Shown piece after piece: positions 36,494-48,862 of a stretch of 64,000 nt of DNA. The position numbers and the translations under genes were made by a program. The stretch's first letter is position 1; the number at the start of each line of letters is the position of its first letter. The stretch comes from Octopus vulgaris (Eukaryota), in contig OX597817.1 of the NCBI GenBank assembly GCA_951406725.2, forward strand, positions 143,158,001 through 143,222,000, in the 5' to 3' direction. The notes beneath the pieces are model-generated. The model ran no database searches, had not been told where the DNA came from, and saw nothing but the letters and a program-made list of their open reading frames with translations.

Positions 36494-36868
36494 CTAGTAG
36501 CAAGGAGGGAGTAGTACGCTCCCTTGCTCACAGAATATTTTGCATTATGTAGCTTGTTATTCTCTATAAGTGAACTTTTTTCTGGTTGAAATACAACGAA
36601 AAATGGTGACACAGCAGTCCAAAATCGTAAAAAAATAGGGATTTTCATAGAAAAAAAGCACCTTTTTGATGTAAATAATTTTTGGTGTTAACATGGTCTG
36701 ATTTGAATTGTTTCTTCTGCGGAATGAAGAGCAAGCCTTCTTCTATCATACTCTCAATTTTGGTCAACTTGCGCCGCAGAGTCTCGGATGAGATAGTGTT
36801 AATTGAAGGCTACCAAACCTGCCATACACAGACACACACACAGACAACTTCAGCTTTATATGTATAGA
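36494..36868 (-). mobile_element. Non-autonomous Helitron (~375 bp)
   Basis: Minus-strand 5' A|TCTATACATATAAAG. 3' hairpin AGCAAGGGAG..CTCCCTCCTTGCT then CTAG|T. Confidence 0.7.
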
Positions 36869-36884
36869 TGTTAATATTTTGGCG

Positions 36885-37105
36885 TATCTGCTGATGAGAA
36901 CTTCGCCTTGCAAATTATTTTATTTGCTAATTAGTGTTCGAAACCTAAGGTTCGGCTGTAAAACATGGTAAATGTTTTTTTTTTTTTTACTTTTCATTCC
37001 TTTCGAAATTGGTCTTAACTTTGGTTGGGACTTTTTGATTATTCCTTCTAGTATGTAAGACGACCTGCTAAGGATCGCCTCTTTGTGTTTAAATGTACAC
37101 TAATT
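36885..37105 (+). mobile_element. Short pLTR-like repeat with extended-stem-II hammerhead motif
   Basis: CTGATGA-GAAC..GTTC-GAAA-CCTAAGG-TT. Downstream sequence is homologous to 7005-7120 and 40775-40800. Confidence 0.6.
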
Positions 37106-37110
37106 TATAT

Positions 37111-37401
37111 TGTGAAGGCGCGAGGCTTAGTGGTTAGGATGTTGACGATCATAATGTCATCAGTTCGACTCCAGGTGTCGCGTTATCTCCTTGAGCAAGA
37201 CACTTTATTTCACGTTGTTCCAGTCCACTAAGCTAATAAAAATGAGTAGTACCTGTATTTCAAAATGCCAGCCTTGTCACATTCTGTGAACTATGTTAAG
37301 GTCATGTGTGTCTGTGGAGTACTCAGCCACTTGCACATTAATTTCATGAGCAAGCTGTTCCGTTGATCGGATCGATTGGAATCCTTCTCGTCTTAACGGA
37401 T

Positions 37402-37402
<1 letters not shown>
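37111..37402 (+). mobile_element. SINE (head B + tail Y)
   Basis: TTGAGCAAGACACTTTATTTCACGTTG as in 8158-8290, then the tail of 5900-6085. Confidence 0.75.
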
Positions 37403-37441
<39 letters not shown>

Positions 37442-37451
37442 GGAAAACATT

Positions 37452-37535
37452 AACAGTGACTTTGAAGTTTCGGTTCGCTCACCTTCGTAAGACAGTCGAA
37501 CGAAGAGAAGCGAACCGAAATTCGAAGTCACTGTC
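37452..37535. ncRNA. Back-to-back inverted degenerate hammerhead motifs
   Basis: Plus: GACAGT-CGAACGA-AGAGAAGCGAACC-GAAA-TTCGAAG-TC-ACTGTC. Minus: CTTACGA-AGGT-gagcga-ACC-GAAA-CTTCAAAG-TC-ACTGT. Confidence 0.55.
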
Positions 37536-37914
37536 AACCTTGTCTTTGTAAAAAGCTTTATAAACTCGATATCTACTGAGAAGTGTTGAGTAATTTTTCA
37601 ATAATGTAAAGTTGTTTTCGAATATAATGATGGAAAACCACACATTAATTTTGTCACGTGACCGGTGTCTAGTGAAAGTGATACCGTTCTTTTTTGCCCT
37701 GCTTTTGACCTGACTGGCCATGCTGGTCTGGGCTCCTGCTGCGTCCATTGGGACTTTCTCCATTTCACCCTTCGCTACCCCACTTAATTCGTTTGATAGC
37801 TGCAAGGTTGTTGTTTTGTTGGTTTTTTTTTTGTTATATTTGTGGTATTTGTATAATCATCATTTTTTTCTTCTGTTGTATATAGTCGTAAGGCTCTATA
37901 CAGATAATTCTTAA

Positions 37915-38301
37915 GGGCAGCGAGCTGGCAGAAACTTTAGCACGCCGAGCGAAATGCGTAGCCGTATTTCGTCTGCCTTTACGCTCTGAGTTCAAATTCC
38001 GCCGAGGTCGACTTTGCCTTTCATCCTTTCGGGGTCGATAAATTAAGTACCAGTTAATCCGTGTGTCTGTCCTTGTTTGTCCCCTCTGTGTTTAGCCCCT
38101 TGTGGGTAGTAAAGAAATATGTATTTCGTCTGCTGTTACGTTCCGAGTTCAAATGCGTCAAGGTCGACTTTGCCTTTCATCCTTTCGGGGTCGTTTAAAT
38201 AAGTACCAGCTACGCACTGGTGTCGATGTAATCGACTTAATCCATTTGTCCGTCCTTGTTTGTCCCCCTCTGTGTTTAACCCCCTGTGGGCAATAAACAA
38301 A
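37915..38301 (+). mobile_element. SINE family 1, dimeric copy
   Basis: Two body+tail units, the second starting GTATTTCGTCTG at 38121. Confidence 0.85.
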
Positions 38302-38869
38302 TATATACAAATGTATACCTCATACACTTCACTCGTACTAATTTATATTAAAAAAAAATTGAGGCTTGAAAACTTCAACAGGGTTTTATCGAAAACAAAT
38401 TTTGTAACGAAAACAAATATAACCTAAGTCCACCTTGTCACCGAATCTCACACAAGTAATGATACATAGAAGCTGTTACCAAAATAGAACGATTATTTAT
38501 TTAGTATATAGTTCGATAAACACAACCATTCAGCCTGACTTGAGGTTCCTGTCTATTTGTTTTTTTGTATTTCTGTCTTGGTTGGGTCGATATTAGGAAG
38601 GTGAGATGTATCGTGTAGGAGTTCGATGGTAAATTTGATCAGGGATATTGCAATGTGGAACGGAAGTGTGGACAGATGATTGATTAAATTACTTCTTTTT
38701 CTTTTCTTTTTATTTATTTTTTATTTGTTTTGTCTTGAAATTTCTATAGGACGGCAATGGAGAAATAGGAAACATGTACAGGAAATTTGTTTTAAATGGA
38801 AACAGTTTTATAAAAAGGAAAAACATGTATGAAGCTTGATAGAGAATCTGGGAAGAAAGAGGTTGTCGC

Positions 38870-39351
38870 AGTGGTCGTGGTGATGGTGGTGGTGGTTGTG
38901 GTGGTGGTGATGAAAACGATAATGATGGTGATGGTGATGATGATGGTGGTGGTACGACGATGATGATAATGATGGTGGTGGAGGTGTGATGGAGGTGGTG
39001 ATGGTGGTGGTTATTGTGATGGTTATGGCGGTTGTGGTGGTTGTGGTGGTGATGGTGGAGGTGGCGATAGTGGATGTCGTGATGGTGTCTGTGGTGTTCG
39101 TGGTGGTGATGGTGGTGATAGTGGTGGTGGTGGTGGTGATGTTGGCATTGGTGGTGGTGGTGGTGGTGATGTTGGTAGTGGTGGTGGTGGTTGTGGTGGT
39201 GTTGGCAGTGGTGGTGATGGCAGTGGTGGTGGTAGTGGTGATGGTGGTGGTGGTGGTGGTTGTTGTGGTGGTAGTGGTGGTGGTAGTGGTGGCAATAAAG
39301 GTGATGGTGGTGTTGGTGGAGTTGGTGATTGTTATGGTGGTAGTAGTGGCT

Positions 39352-39384
<33 letters not shown>

Positions 39385-39402
39385 GTTGCTGTTGTTGTTG
39401 TA
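38870..39402. repeat. (GGT/GAT/GTA)n low-complexity trinucleotide tract
   Basis: Seen directly. Confidence 0.9.
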
Positions 39403-39630
39403 GGGACGAAGGTGTTGAGACAAGATATGGGAGTGAAACTTTGTTGTCCTCAGAGACTGTAACTTCACGATGAGATATTATACCTAACTCACAACATTCA
39501 TCAGATTTGAATTTAAAATGTGTATCCATACGCAAACATGTATGTATAAATGTACGTATGTATATAGATATATATGTGTTTGTGTGAGTATTTGTGTACA
39601 TACGTATATATATGCATATATGTATGTTAT

Positions 39631-39724
<94 letters not shown>

Positions 39725-39893
39725 ATATTCCATTATAATAAAAATTTTGCATTAGAAGCAATATTTATGCCCACGTCGGCATTAATACAGCCTCTGGCAA
39801 CATTAATATATTATTACGATATTACATTAATCTGATGAGTTATTTTATACTTCTGTAGAGTATGAATTTATTAGTCTTAGATAAGAACATTTT

Positions 39894-39942
39894 TGACGGT
39901 CTGATGATAGCATAACTGCCAGAAACGTCGATGCCACTGTCA
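39894..39942 (+). ncRNA. Degenerate type-I hammerhead motif
   Basis: TGACGGT-CTGATGA-TAGCA-taac-TGCCA-GAAA-CGTCGATG-CC-ACTGTCA. Stem I pairs, but the cleavage triplet is mutated. Confidence 0.55.
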
Positions 39943-39971
39943 ATAATATTCTTGTTTAAGGATTATAGAAG

Positions 39972-40089
39972 TGTTGAAGAGCGTAGGTTCGAAACGTAAA
40001 AGACTTTTTCATTCTTCCCGAGTGTCAAACTATTACACTTGCTTGTGGTTCATACACATGTCTTCATCTTTTGTTTTTCTATAAATTTC

Positions 40090-40093
<4 letters not shown>
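39972..40093 (+). mobile_element. Penelope pLTR 3' fragment
   Basis: TGTTGAAGAGCGTAGGTTCGAAACGTAAAAGAC, ending in (TA)n. Confidence 0.7.
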
Positions 40094-40134
<41 letters not shown>

Positions 40135-40544
40135 TCAGGCATATACCATCAGTAATTACTCAGGGTAGGCAGTTGGTAACCTTTATGTAGTAAAACACAC
40201 AAAAATAAGCGAAACACACGCGCATGACTGAGTTGAAGGTAGATTTATAGCACGTAAAGAAAACGTTGTTGTAAGAATGTATGCAGTCTGTGTACTACAG
40301 CAGTACTATGCGTAGATTTAATACTGAGATTGAAAGGCAGGGGTGAATTATGCCTACCTAATCTACAAAAGAATGAAATATTTTGCATTTCATACATAGT
40401 AATCTTGAAAATTTTATTGAATTAGGTCCATATTTTGCTATGAAAGGTAAATGTTGTTATCAATCTATTTTATTCAAGGTAGGGACTGCCTACCTTGCCT
40501 ACCCAGATGGCACGTCCCTGCTATATATACATACATATATATAC

Positions 40545-40648
<104 letters not shown>

Positions 40649-40797
40649 AATAATATCAAAGAGTAATCAGAAATATTAGAAATTTCCATCACCAGTGACC
40701 TCGCGTATAAAAATTTAGCCAATAGACTATATATTATTTATATAAATACAGTGTAGAGTTAAACACATAAGAAGCCTCTTATGTGTTTAAATGTACA

Positions 40798-40840
<43 letters not shown>

Positions 40841-40841
<1 letters not shown>

Positions 40842-41005
40842 TGTTGTGTCTGGGGAGTGACATTCTCTTTTGATGCCTTATAATTTAACACACTCACCGG
40901 TAAAATTTTCACTTCTTTCTTTTTCTTCTAAAATTTTCATTGCGTCTTGCAACCTTTTCAATAGTTTTGATCAAAAGTGAATGACTCTCCCCAGACACAA
41001 CAGAA
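40841..41005 (-). mobile_element. Short element with inverted termini and U3:A8 hammerhead-like motif (40926-40964)
   Basis: Termini CTGTTGTGTCTGGGGAG / CTCCCCAGACACAACAG. Minus strand reads CTA-TTGAAAA-G-GTTGC-aagac-GCAAT-GAAA-AT-TT/TAG. Confidence 0.6.
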
Positions 41006-41111
41006 TATGCTTCAACACAGGAACTCACATAAAGAATCTTGCAAACCAAATCCAAAAACGAAATATGTATATATATGTATATATATATATGTGTGTGTGT
41101 GTCTGTATGTG

Positions 41112-41159
<48 letters not shown>

Positions 41160-41167
41160 TATATATA

Positions 41168-41445
41168 TCATGAGGTAGTGAGTTCGACTCCAGGACCGGG
41201 TTGCGTGTTGTGTTCTTGAGCAAGACACTTTATTTCATGTTGCTCCAGTTCTCTCATCTGTAGAAATGATTTGCGACGTCACTGGTGCCAAGCTACATCA
41301 GCCTTTGCCTTTCCCTCAGATAGCATCGGGGGAGAAGTGAGGCTGGTATACATGGGTGACTGCTGGTCTTCCATAAACAACCTTGACTCGGAGGGTAACT
41401 TTCTAGGTGCAGTCCCATGGTCATTCATGGCCGAAGGGGGTCTTT
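41168..41445 (+). mobile_element. SINE family 3 (head B + tail Z), 5' truncated
   Basis: Homologous to 8200-8493. Confidence 0.8.
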
Positions 41446-41455
41446 GCTGTTTTAC

Positions 41456-41486
<31 letters not shown>

Positions 41487-41538
41487 TATTGATACACATG
41501 CGTTGAGCTTCTCTCAATTTCCGCCTGCTTTGTTTATT

Positions 41539-41570
<32 letters not shown>

Positions 41571-41600
41571 TAAAGAGATATTTAGGGAGAAAGATAGTTA

Positions 41601-42070
41601 GGAGTAAATTTTGTTTGCCAGCATAACATGGCAGTCCTGGTTTAGGACGAATGTTGCTGTAATTTAGTCCTAGGAGACATCGTCTCCCACTTGTTATACG
41701 ACACGATCTATGTCTTTACATTTTTCGAACAAGGGAATTTAGTACCACCACCCAGCTCAAAACAATATCTTTGTATCGCGATTTCCGGGTTATTTCCCTT
41801 CATCAGCATAGAATAACTGATCGGGAAATAAACCGGAAATCGCGAAACACAGTGCTTTGAGCTGAGTGGGGGTGCTAGATTCCCTTGTTCGAAAAATGTA
41901 AAGACATAGATCGTGTCGTATAGCCAGCTGGAGACGATGTCTACTGGAGCTAAATTACAGCAACATTAGTCCTAAACCAGGACTGCCATGTTATGTTGGC
42001 AAACAACCTTTACTCCAAAGTACTGTTGCTGAATATCTCTCGTTGTGAGATTTAAAAATAGTAATTTTCT
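41601..42070. mobile_element. Retrozyme-like family member: inverted pair with canonical hammerhead core (41769-41811, minus)
   Basis: Arms 41601-41815 and 41817-42017 are reverse complements. CUGAUGA-AGGG-aaauaa-CCCG-GAAA-UCGCGA-UA. Shares CCCTTGTTCGAA, GGAGCTAA and GACTGCCAT with the 364-nt unit. Confidence 0.75.
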
Positions 42071-42350
42071 GAGAGATATAGTTAGATAGACAGACGGATA
42101 GAGAGATAGTTAGGGAGAGAGTTAGTTAGACAGACATTCAGGTAGGTAGATAGAGAGGGAGAATGAGAGAGACAGACAGACATATAATGTTTCATTGCTC
42201 AATGCCATATCATATTAAACAAGTCATATGTGTTGGAATACGAGATTCTTCGCCATTGTCTAAGGAGTTCTTTCTCGCTGCCATATTCATATTCCTAAAA
42301 GATTTGTCAACAAAACGGCCATTTTATTTATATAATACGGCGTTTCCGGA

Positions 42351-42629
42351 AAATAATAGTTATCGCCATACTAATATGGCATTCTTATAAAAATAAGAAT
42401 AAAGCTGTCCGCTACGCTGCATTGAAAAGGGGCAATACCCCGAAACGCGTCTGTAGCTGCCGGTCAAGTAGTGTGGAGCGACTGACCTCCCTTGTTCGAA
42501 GGTTATATGGATACAGTTTGTGTATCAAATAGCTAACTTAAGGCGATGGCCTCATGGAGCTAATAAGCGGACAGCTTTATTCTTATTTTTATAAGAATGC
42601 CATATTAGTATGGCGATAACTATTATTTT
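42351..42629 (+). mobile_element. Retrozyme-like family member with U3:A8 hammerhead (42416-42457) and ~63-bp inverted 5' arm
   Basis: GCUGCA-UUGAAAA-GGGG-caaua-CCCC-GAAA-CGCG-UC/UGUAGC. Body is clearly homologous to 10295-10510. Confidence 0.85.
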
Positions 42630-42688
42630 GTATATGTAAATATGTATATATGTAAGGATAAATAGATGAAGGTACAGATGTATGTACA

Positions 42689-42723
<35 letters not shown>

Positions 42724-43429
42724 TTCTATCTATCTATCTATCTATCTGTCTGTCTATATATCTATCTACTTTCTTACCTTTCCCCTTCAGAATTCTTCCT
42801 TTGCCGCCATACCATCTCTATTCTTTGGATTTTCCCTTCGCCCTCCGGCACGCATCAATGACTACATTCTTCACTTCATCCTATCTCTTCTTGCCCTTCT
42901 CTTTCTGCTTCAGCATTCGTCCGAACTACCTACAGGCCCCTGCTACCTACATCTGTTCTACTTCCTCCTTTCCCATTCTGCCCTTAAATTTTCTCGCATC
43001 ATGATCTGAACTACTCGCTGTCAATCTTTCTACTCTGAGGACGGAGGCTGGTTTTACGGCAATGTTTATATGCAACCTCTACTGGTTGCATATCTTTGAC
43101 TTTTTGCACACTCCATCTGCAAGTTATAAACATTACAGCTGCTACATAATTCCCAGTCCCCAGAAACAGCTGTCGGACTTGAAATATCATGCCTCTCCCC
43201 TTAGTTTTCTGTATTTTTTGCACTCCATGAAAATTTGTACTGTAAATACATACATACTGACATGCTTATACGTTATGATATGTAGTTTGCGCCTGAAGAA
43301 CATTCATCTGAATAATTTCAGTTTTTATTTCTCCCATACATATTTATCGTGATATATATATCCGACGTAAGTTGCAGAATGTGTATGTAGAGGAGTGTAT
43401 GAGCCACACACAAGTGTATGAGTAGTTCA

Positions 43430-44027
43430 GACGTTTCCAAGATGGCCGAATAAATGTCGATATTGACGTACGTTCTTGGAGACCCGCAACCAGCAGAACT
43501 GAGAAAAACATCGCAGATGTGCGTGCAGCTGTGAAGGGAAATCGTCAAATCACTATCTGTGAATTATCGGAGGTTGTACAGTTTAGTTACGGTTCAGTTC
43601 AGTCCATTATTATTGAAGATTTGGATGAGACGCGTGTCTGCCAAGTTTGCGTCAAAACTGCTTTCACCTAACCATGAAGACACTCGGGTTACAGTTTCAC
43701 ACGGTCTCCATTGATTGTGTCGGGAACGATGAAAAGATTCTGAAAACGTTGCGTAGGCCTCTGAGCAGATATCGCCAAGCTTTTGGCAAAATTTGAGGCA
43801 GATTCTCTGCTCAACTTTCTCTGTCATGGTCAATGCAACGATCACAAGTTACACACGTTCCTTCCTAGCACTGTTATAAACAGTGGAAGTGAGCTGGAAC
43901 ATTAGACCTTAGTGCGAATGCAGATCAGAGTTTAAGTTCAATCTGTGCCAAACGGCTTCATTTTGCATTCTTTAGCTTCGTTACTATGGCAACAGTCCGG
44001 ATACTTACTGATCAGACCACCTACGTA
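43430..44027. mobile_element. Rearranged mariner remnant
   Basis: Minus strand: TIR-like end at ~44027 and N-terminus MTEKVEQRICLKFCQKLG. Plus strand 43480-43700: TSRTEKNIADVRAAVKGNRQITICELSE..RRVSAKF. Confidence 0.7.
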
Positions 44028-44127
44028 CGTACATACATACATACATACATTTATACATACATACATACATACATACATACATGCATACATACATACATAC
44101 ATACATATATATATATACACACAGATA

Positions 44128-45417
44128 CGAGGGGCGTTCAATAAGTAATGTCCCTGACCCACTTCCCATAGCAGTAGAGCAACGAAACTTGGCACAGTTA
44201 TTAGACTTTTTTTACATAGGAACCACCCAGAGTTACGCATTTCTCCCATTGTTTGATGCAGCTCTGGAGACCGTTTTTGTAGAAGACCCCAGCTTGGTCC
44301 TCCAACCACGACGTGACTTCAGAAATCATGGCTGTATCATCTGGGAAAAACTTTCCTTTTAAAAACAACTTCATGGCTGGGAAGAGGTGAAAATCAGAGG
44401 GTGAAAGGTCAGGAGAGTAGGGGATGGGGGAGGAGTTCATAGCCGCACGCCTGTGCTTCTGATCTGGCGACACGCGAGTTGTGGACCGGAGCGTTGTCTT
44501 GCAGGAGGAGGATGCCTTTGTTGATCTTGCCCCGCCTCTTGATTTTGATAGCGTCTCTTAATTTCCTCAAAAGTGAAGCATAATATGCTCTTGTAATTGT
44601 GGTATCCTTTGCCAGGAAATCTGTCATCACTACTCCGTCCTGGTCCCAGAAGACTGTGAGCATGACCTTGCCAGTAGAGGGCTGCACCCTTGCCTTCTTT
44701 GGAGGAGGTGAGTCACGGTGCTTCCACTGCATTGACTGGGCTTTGGTCTCTGGATCATAGTGATGGACCCAGGTTTCATCCTGTGTAATCAGTCTTTTGA
44801 AAAAGTTTGACTCATCTTCTTGGCACATCTCCAAATTCATCCTCGAGCACTCGACGCGTTCTTGCTTCTGGAAAGGTGTGAGCAACCTGGGAATCCATCT
44901 GGCAGACACATTTTGCATATGCAAATGGTCATGAATGATAGTTTCCACAGATCCAGTTCTAATCTTAACCTCATGGGCTATTAGGCGAATAGTTATGCGT
45001 CGATCTCACAAAATAGCAGCCTCAACTTGACGGACAGATGCCTCATCAATGGCAGAAGGGGGCGACCATATCTGGGAGCTGTTTCCACAGAGTTCCGACC
45101 ATGTTTGAATTCACGATGCCAGCGTTTTACAAGGTCATATGATGGGGCATCATCACCATAAGTTACTTTCATTTCATCAAAAGTTTCCCGTGGTGTGCGT
45201 CTTTTCAAATACAAAAACCGGATCACTGCTTGACATTCAACAGGCTCCATTTCACACTTGACTCAGTTCAAACACCTGTAAATCAGAAACCAGAATTAAT
45301 TCAGAGCTTTAATTTGCCACGTAATCTATAGAGATATAAATAATTGCACATGCAAAATTTCAGCTAGATCAAACAACTGCAAGTGGGTCAGAGGCATTAC
45401 TTATTGAACGTCCCTCG
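44128..45417 (-). mobile_element. Full-length (1290 bp) mariner DNA transposon
   Basis: TIRs CGAGGGGCGTTCAATAAGTAATG / CATTACTTATTGAACGTCCCTCG with TA TSD. Confidence 0.93.
44201..45238 (-). pseudogene. Frameshifted mariner DD34D transposase
   Basis: WIPRLL, QDETWVHHY, QDNAPVH and YSPDLSPSDFHLF are split across ORFs 44993-45250, 44409-44948 and 44201-44473. Confidence 0.92.
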
Positions 45418-45440
45418 TATATTTATATATATATACACAC

Positions 45441-45489
<49 letters not shown>

Positions 45490-45968
45490 AAGAGAGAGAG
45501 AGAAGGAGAGAGAGAATCAACAGGTCCACTTTAAGAAACACTGATTTAACCTAAATTTGAGACACCAGCAAAAGAAGAAATAAAGATAGACTTTTTTTCT
45601 GTTCCAAAGAAAAATGATTTTATTCACACAAATATGTAACCAAAGAGTTTAAAGTACCAGTAATGATAAGGCTGTTGACTGGGAGAACACAAACATGGTT
45701 TCAACAGTAAGCTTGGCAAGAAAGAAACGTGCTTTTAAGCCGAACAAAAACAACAAAAGATGGAAGGTGCAGTTATGTACAGGTTGACGGAAGAAAAGCA
45801 GGACAAAAACAGCTTTATCGATCGCATTCTCACCTGGAATCGATTTTGTAATTTTTTCAAGACTTATACACGCCTTGATACCGTCGGTATCCATATCAAA
45901 TTTGAGCGCAATCAGATGGAGGATGCCCGAGATCCGAGAAGACAGACAGACAGAACGGATTTTATATA

Positions 45969-46039
<71 letters not shown>

Positions 46040-47577
46040 TTCAGCAGAATTTAGATTCAGATGAGCGAATCTGAATTTGGCAAACGAAATAGAGATAAGA
46101 ATGTGCATTGTCCGTTTGATTGGAAAATTTCTATAAGTGGCTGAAGATTGCTCGACATTTTAAAACTTATGTAAAACTTACAGTGTTTAATAAAATGAAG
46201 TAGCATGAAACGATTGTACCACATTACCTCGGATATACTTATTATTTATTTTGATTATATATATATGTATATATATATATATCGGACAGGTTTCTATAAG
46301 GTTTCTGTCTACCAAATGCATTCATAAGATATTGGTTGGCCGAGGGCTATATTAGCTGGACCGAACCTGGACATCAGGTTTCTTAACTCCGCAGCCATGT
46401 TTGAATATTTATGTTTGCTTCTCCAAATCACAAGACGCTTTCTTTCATTGCAGGTGATGTGAAGTCATTTCGTTTTTAATCAAGGCTTGAACTCCAAACT
46501 GTAAAATTTCGACCTAACCACTAAACCATATCTACCGACTTTGTTGTATTGTTATCAGATTACATAAATATGTCAGAAACCTAACAAAGGAAAAAAAGAC
46601 TCAGACGAAAAGAAATTATATGAGAAATATTAAAGAAGAATTTTTTTACAAAATAAAAACCAGAAAATAAAAAGTGTGGTAGAGATGAAGAATAGGCGAT
46701 GTTAACCTTTTGTCTTACTCACCTGACGTTTGTCTGATCTTACCAAAGCCTGAAAGGATCAAATATGAGTTGTGAACCAATAAGAGCTGCTGCTGCTGAC
46801 TTTTACTCTAACAAAATCACGTAGAAACGTGGCTTCAAGCCAGACGACAAAGAGATTATTTCTTCTTCGTTTCCTATTTTATTTTATCTTTTATTTATAA
46901 TTTATTGGTTTCTCCCTTACAAATGACCACATCGATTTCTTTGACAAATACTGGCTATATATTATCCGACGTTATTACTAGCCTCTCGGACTAACTCTTG
47001 TTTACATGGTTTAGGTTTTATTGATGCCGATAAAAAGCAAATAAGATTGCAGACAATTTTGAAAGATGAACGAAATGGTTCTAAATCAGTCCATTAACAA
47101 CTATAAATGTCTCTGTCAAACATTACAAACGACATCAAATGTGAACGAAAAACCTTACGTCTGCACCAATACTTGAAGATAAAAATAGTCTCACTTTTCT
47201 CTTTTATAGAAACGAGACTATACAAAACACAAAGTAAAAAAAAAACAAAATACATTTTCAAGTGAAAAATAAAAATTACCATGAATTTGTCCAGTGATAT
47301 TGTGATGGCTTGTACTGTATATCAATCGTATCTTTAGGAATGGCTTTCATATTAATATATAAACAGTTTTTTTTTTCTGTCAATAGTATCATTTATTATG
47401 CGGTAAATAAAGATATTAACATATACAGGTAATTCTATCTCTACTTCTCATTTGATTTGATATCAACGTAATGTTTCTATCATATATACTTGTTTTCGGT
47501 GTTGCTGGCCAATTAGCGATAAAAGCATGTAAACATATATATATATATACGCGCACACACAAATAAACAGGAACAGC

Positions 47578-47870
47578 CGCAGGCGTGGCTGTGTGGTAAG
47601 AAGTTTGCTTCTCAACCACATGGTTCCGGGTTCATTCCCACTATGTGGCACCTTGGGCAGGTGTCTTCTACTATAGCCTCGGGCCAACCAAAGCCTTGTG
47701 AATAGATTTGGCAGACGGAAACTGAAAGAAGCCCGTCATATACATGTGTGAGAATGTGTATATATATATATTCATATGTGTGTATATATATATTTTCATG
47801 TGTGTGTGTGCGTGTGTTCTCTCACCATCGCTTGACAACCGGTGTTGGTTTGTTTACGTCCGTGTAACTT
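47578..47870 (+). mobile_element. Bipartite SINE family 4, 3' truncated
   Basis: GCAGGCGTGGCTGTGTGGTAAGAAG ... GAAAGAAGCCCGTC, then microsatellite, then CCATCGCTTGACAACC. Confidence 0.8.
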
Positions 47871-48283
47871 TATCGGACACTGATTCTTTTATTTGTCCTC
47901 AACGCCCTGAATCCCTAAAATTATGTCGAAATTTCATAATAATATTTTTTTAACCGTAACATGTCTCCTCGTCTTTGTACGCTTCTGCCAGATGCGACCG
48001 TGAATGTCCGACCGTTATTTTTCGCCACCGGACAACACTTCCTCGCCTTAAGTGATATCTGTTTATAACAGACAGGATTCACCAGTTCACCGATATAAAG
48101 GGACTTCGAGGCACCTTAATATTTCGACCTTGAGTGTCTCCGATGAATCTTACAAAAGCACGGAGCTTTTCTTTATAAAAATCAGCAAGCAAATTATTCG
48201 CTAATACGTGCGGACATCTGCCAAACCGATAATCACTCGTAGTATGCACGTGACACGGCGAAAATGCAAACAATAACCTATCC

Positions 48284-48862
48284 TTAATGTGACAGTCCCA
48301 TGAAAAGGAAGAATGCTACTGTTATTTAGCCCAAGGAAACACTGTTTCCTGTTGGACTTGACACATTTCCAGGATATGTGTCAAGTCCAACAGGAAACAG
48401 TGTTTCCTTGGGCTAAATAACAGTAGCATTCTTCCCTTTCGTGGGACTGTCACATTAAGTTGACAACATGTTATCACTTTATTGTGCTGCTACTGTTTAA
48501 GTCTCTCTGAGAGATTTACAAATATATTATTTCTATTTTCAAAAAGTCAGTGAATGTATTTCACTTGAAATATATATGTCTTCAAAGGCTGTTAGGCATC
48601 GACAACTAGCAAGCCATGCTACTCCAGCCTGATGATGAGCAAAGACTCTGAAACTAGTCTCTGGGTGCTGGCTTTGCTGGGTGGAGGTGCTTGTCTCCAC
48701 TTCGAAAATGTGTCAAGTCCAACAGGAAACGGAGTTCCTAGGGCTAAATAACAGTAGCACTCTTCCCTTTGATGGGACTGCTACATAAGTTGACAACATG
48801 CTATCACTTTATCGTGCTGCTACTGCATAAATCTCTCTGAGAGGTTTAGAAGTGTATTATTT
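48284..48862 (+). mobile_element. Retrozyme-like family member: inverted arm + 1.45 copies of a 332-nt unit, hammerhead at 48623-48665
   Basis: TGTGTCAAGTCC occurs at 48377 and 48709; 48284-48366 is inverted. CCAGC-CUGAUGA-UGAG-caaaga-CUCU-GAAA-CUAG-UC/UCUGG. Confidence 0.8.

Noticed and set aside
37479-37805. 108-aa non-repetitive ORF as a host exon
   Set aside because: No recognisable domain and a weak acceptor context. Its end runs into a hammerhead repeat.
39430-39512. Further degenerate hammerhead-like strings (minus strand here; also ~3445 and ~39832)
   Set aside because: Too many core or stem mismatches to support without a family consensus.
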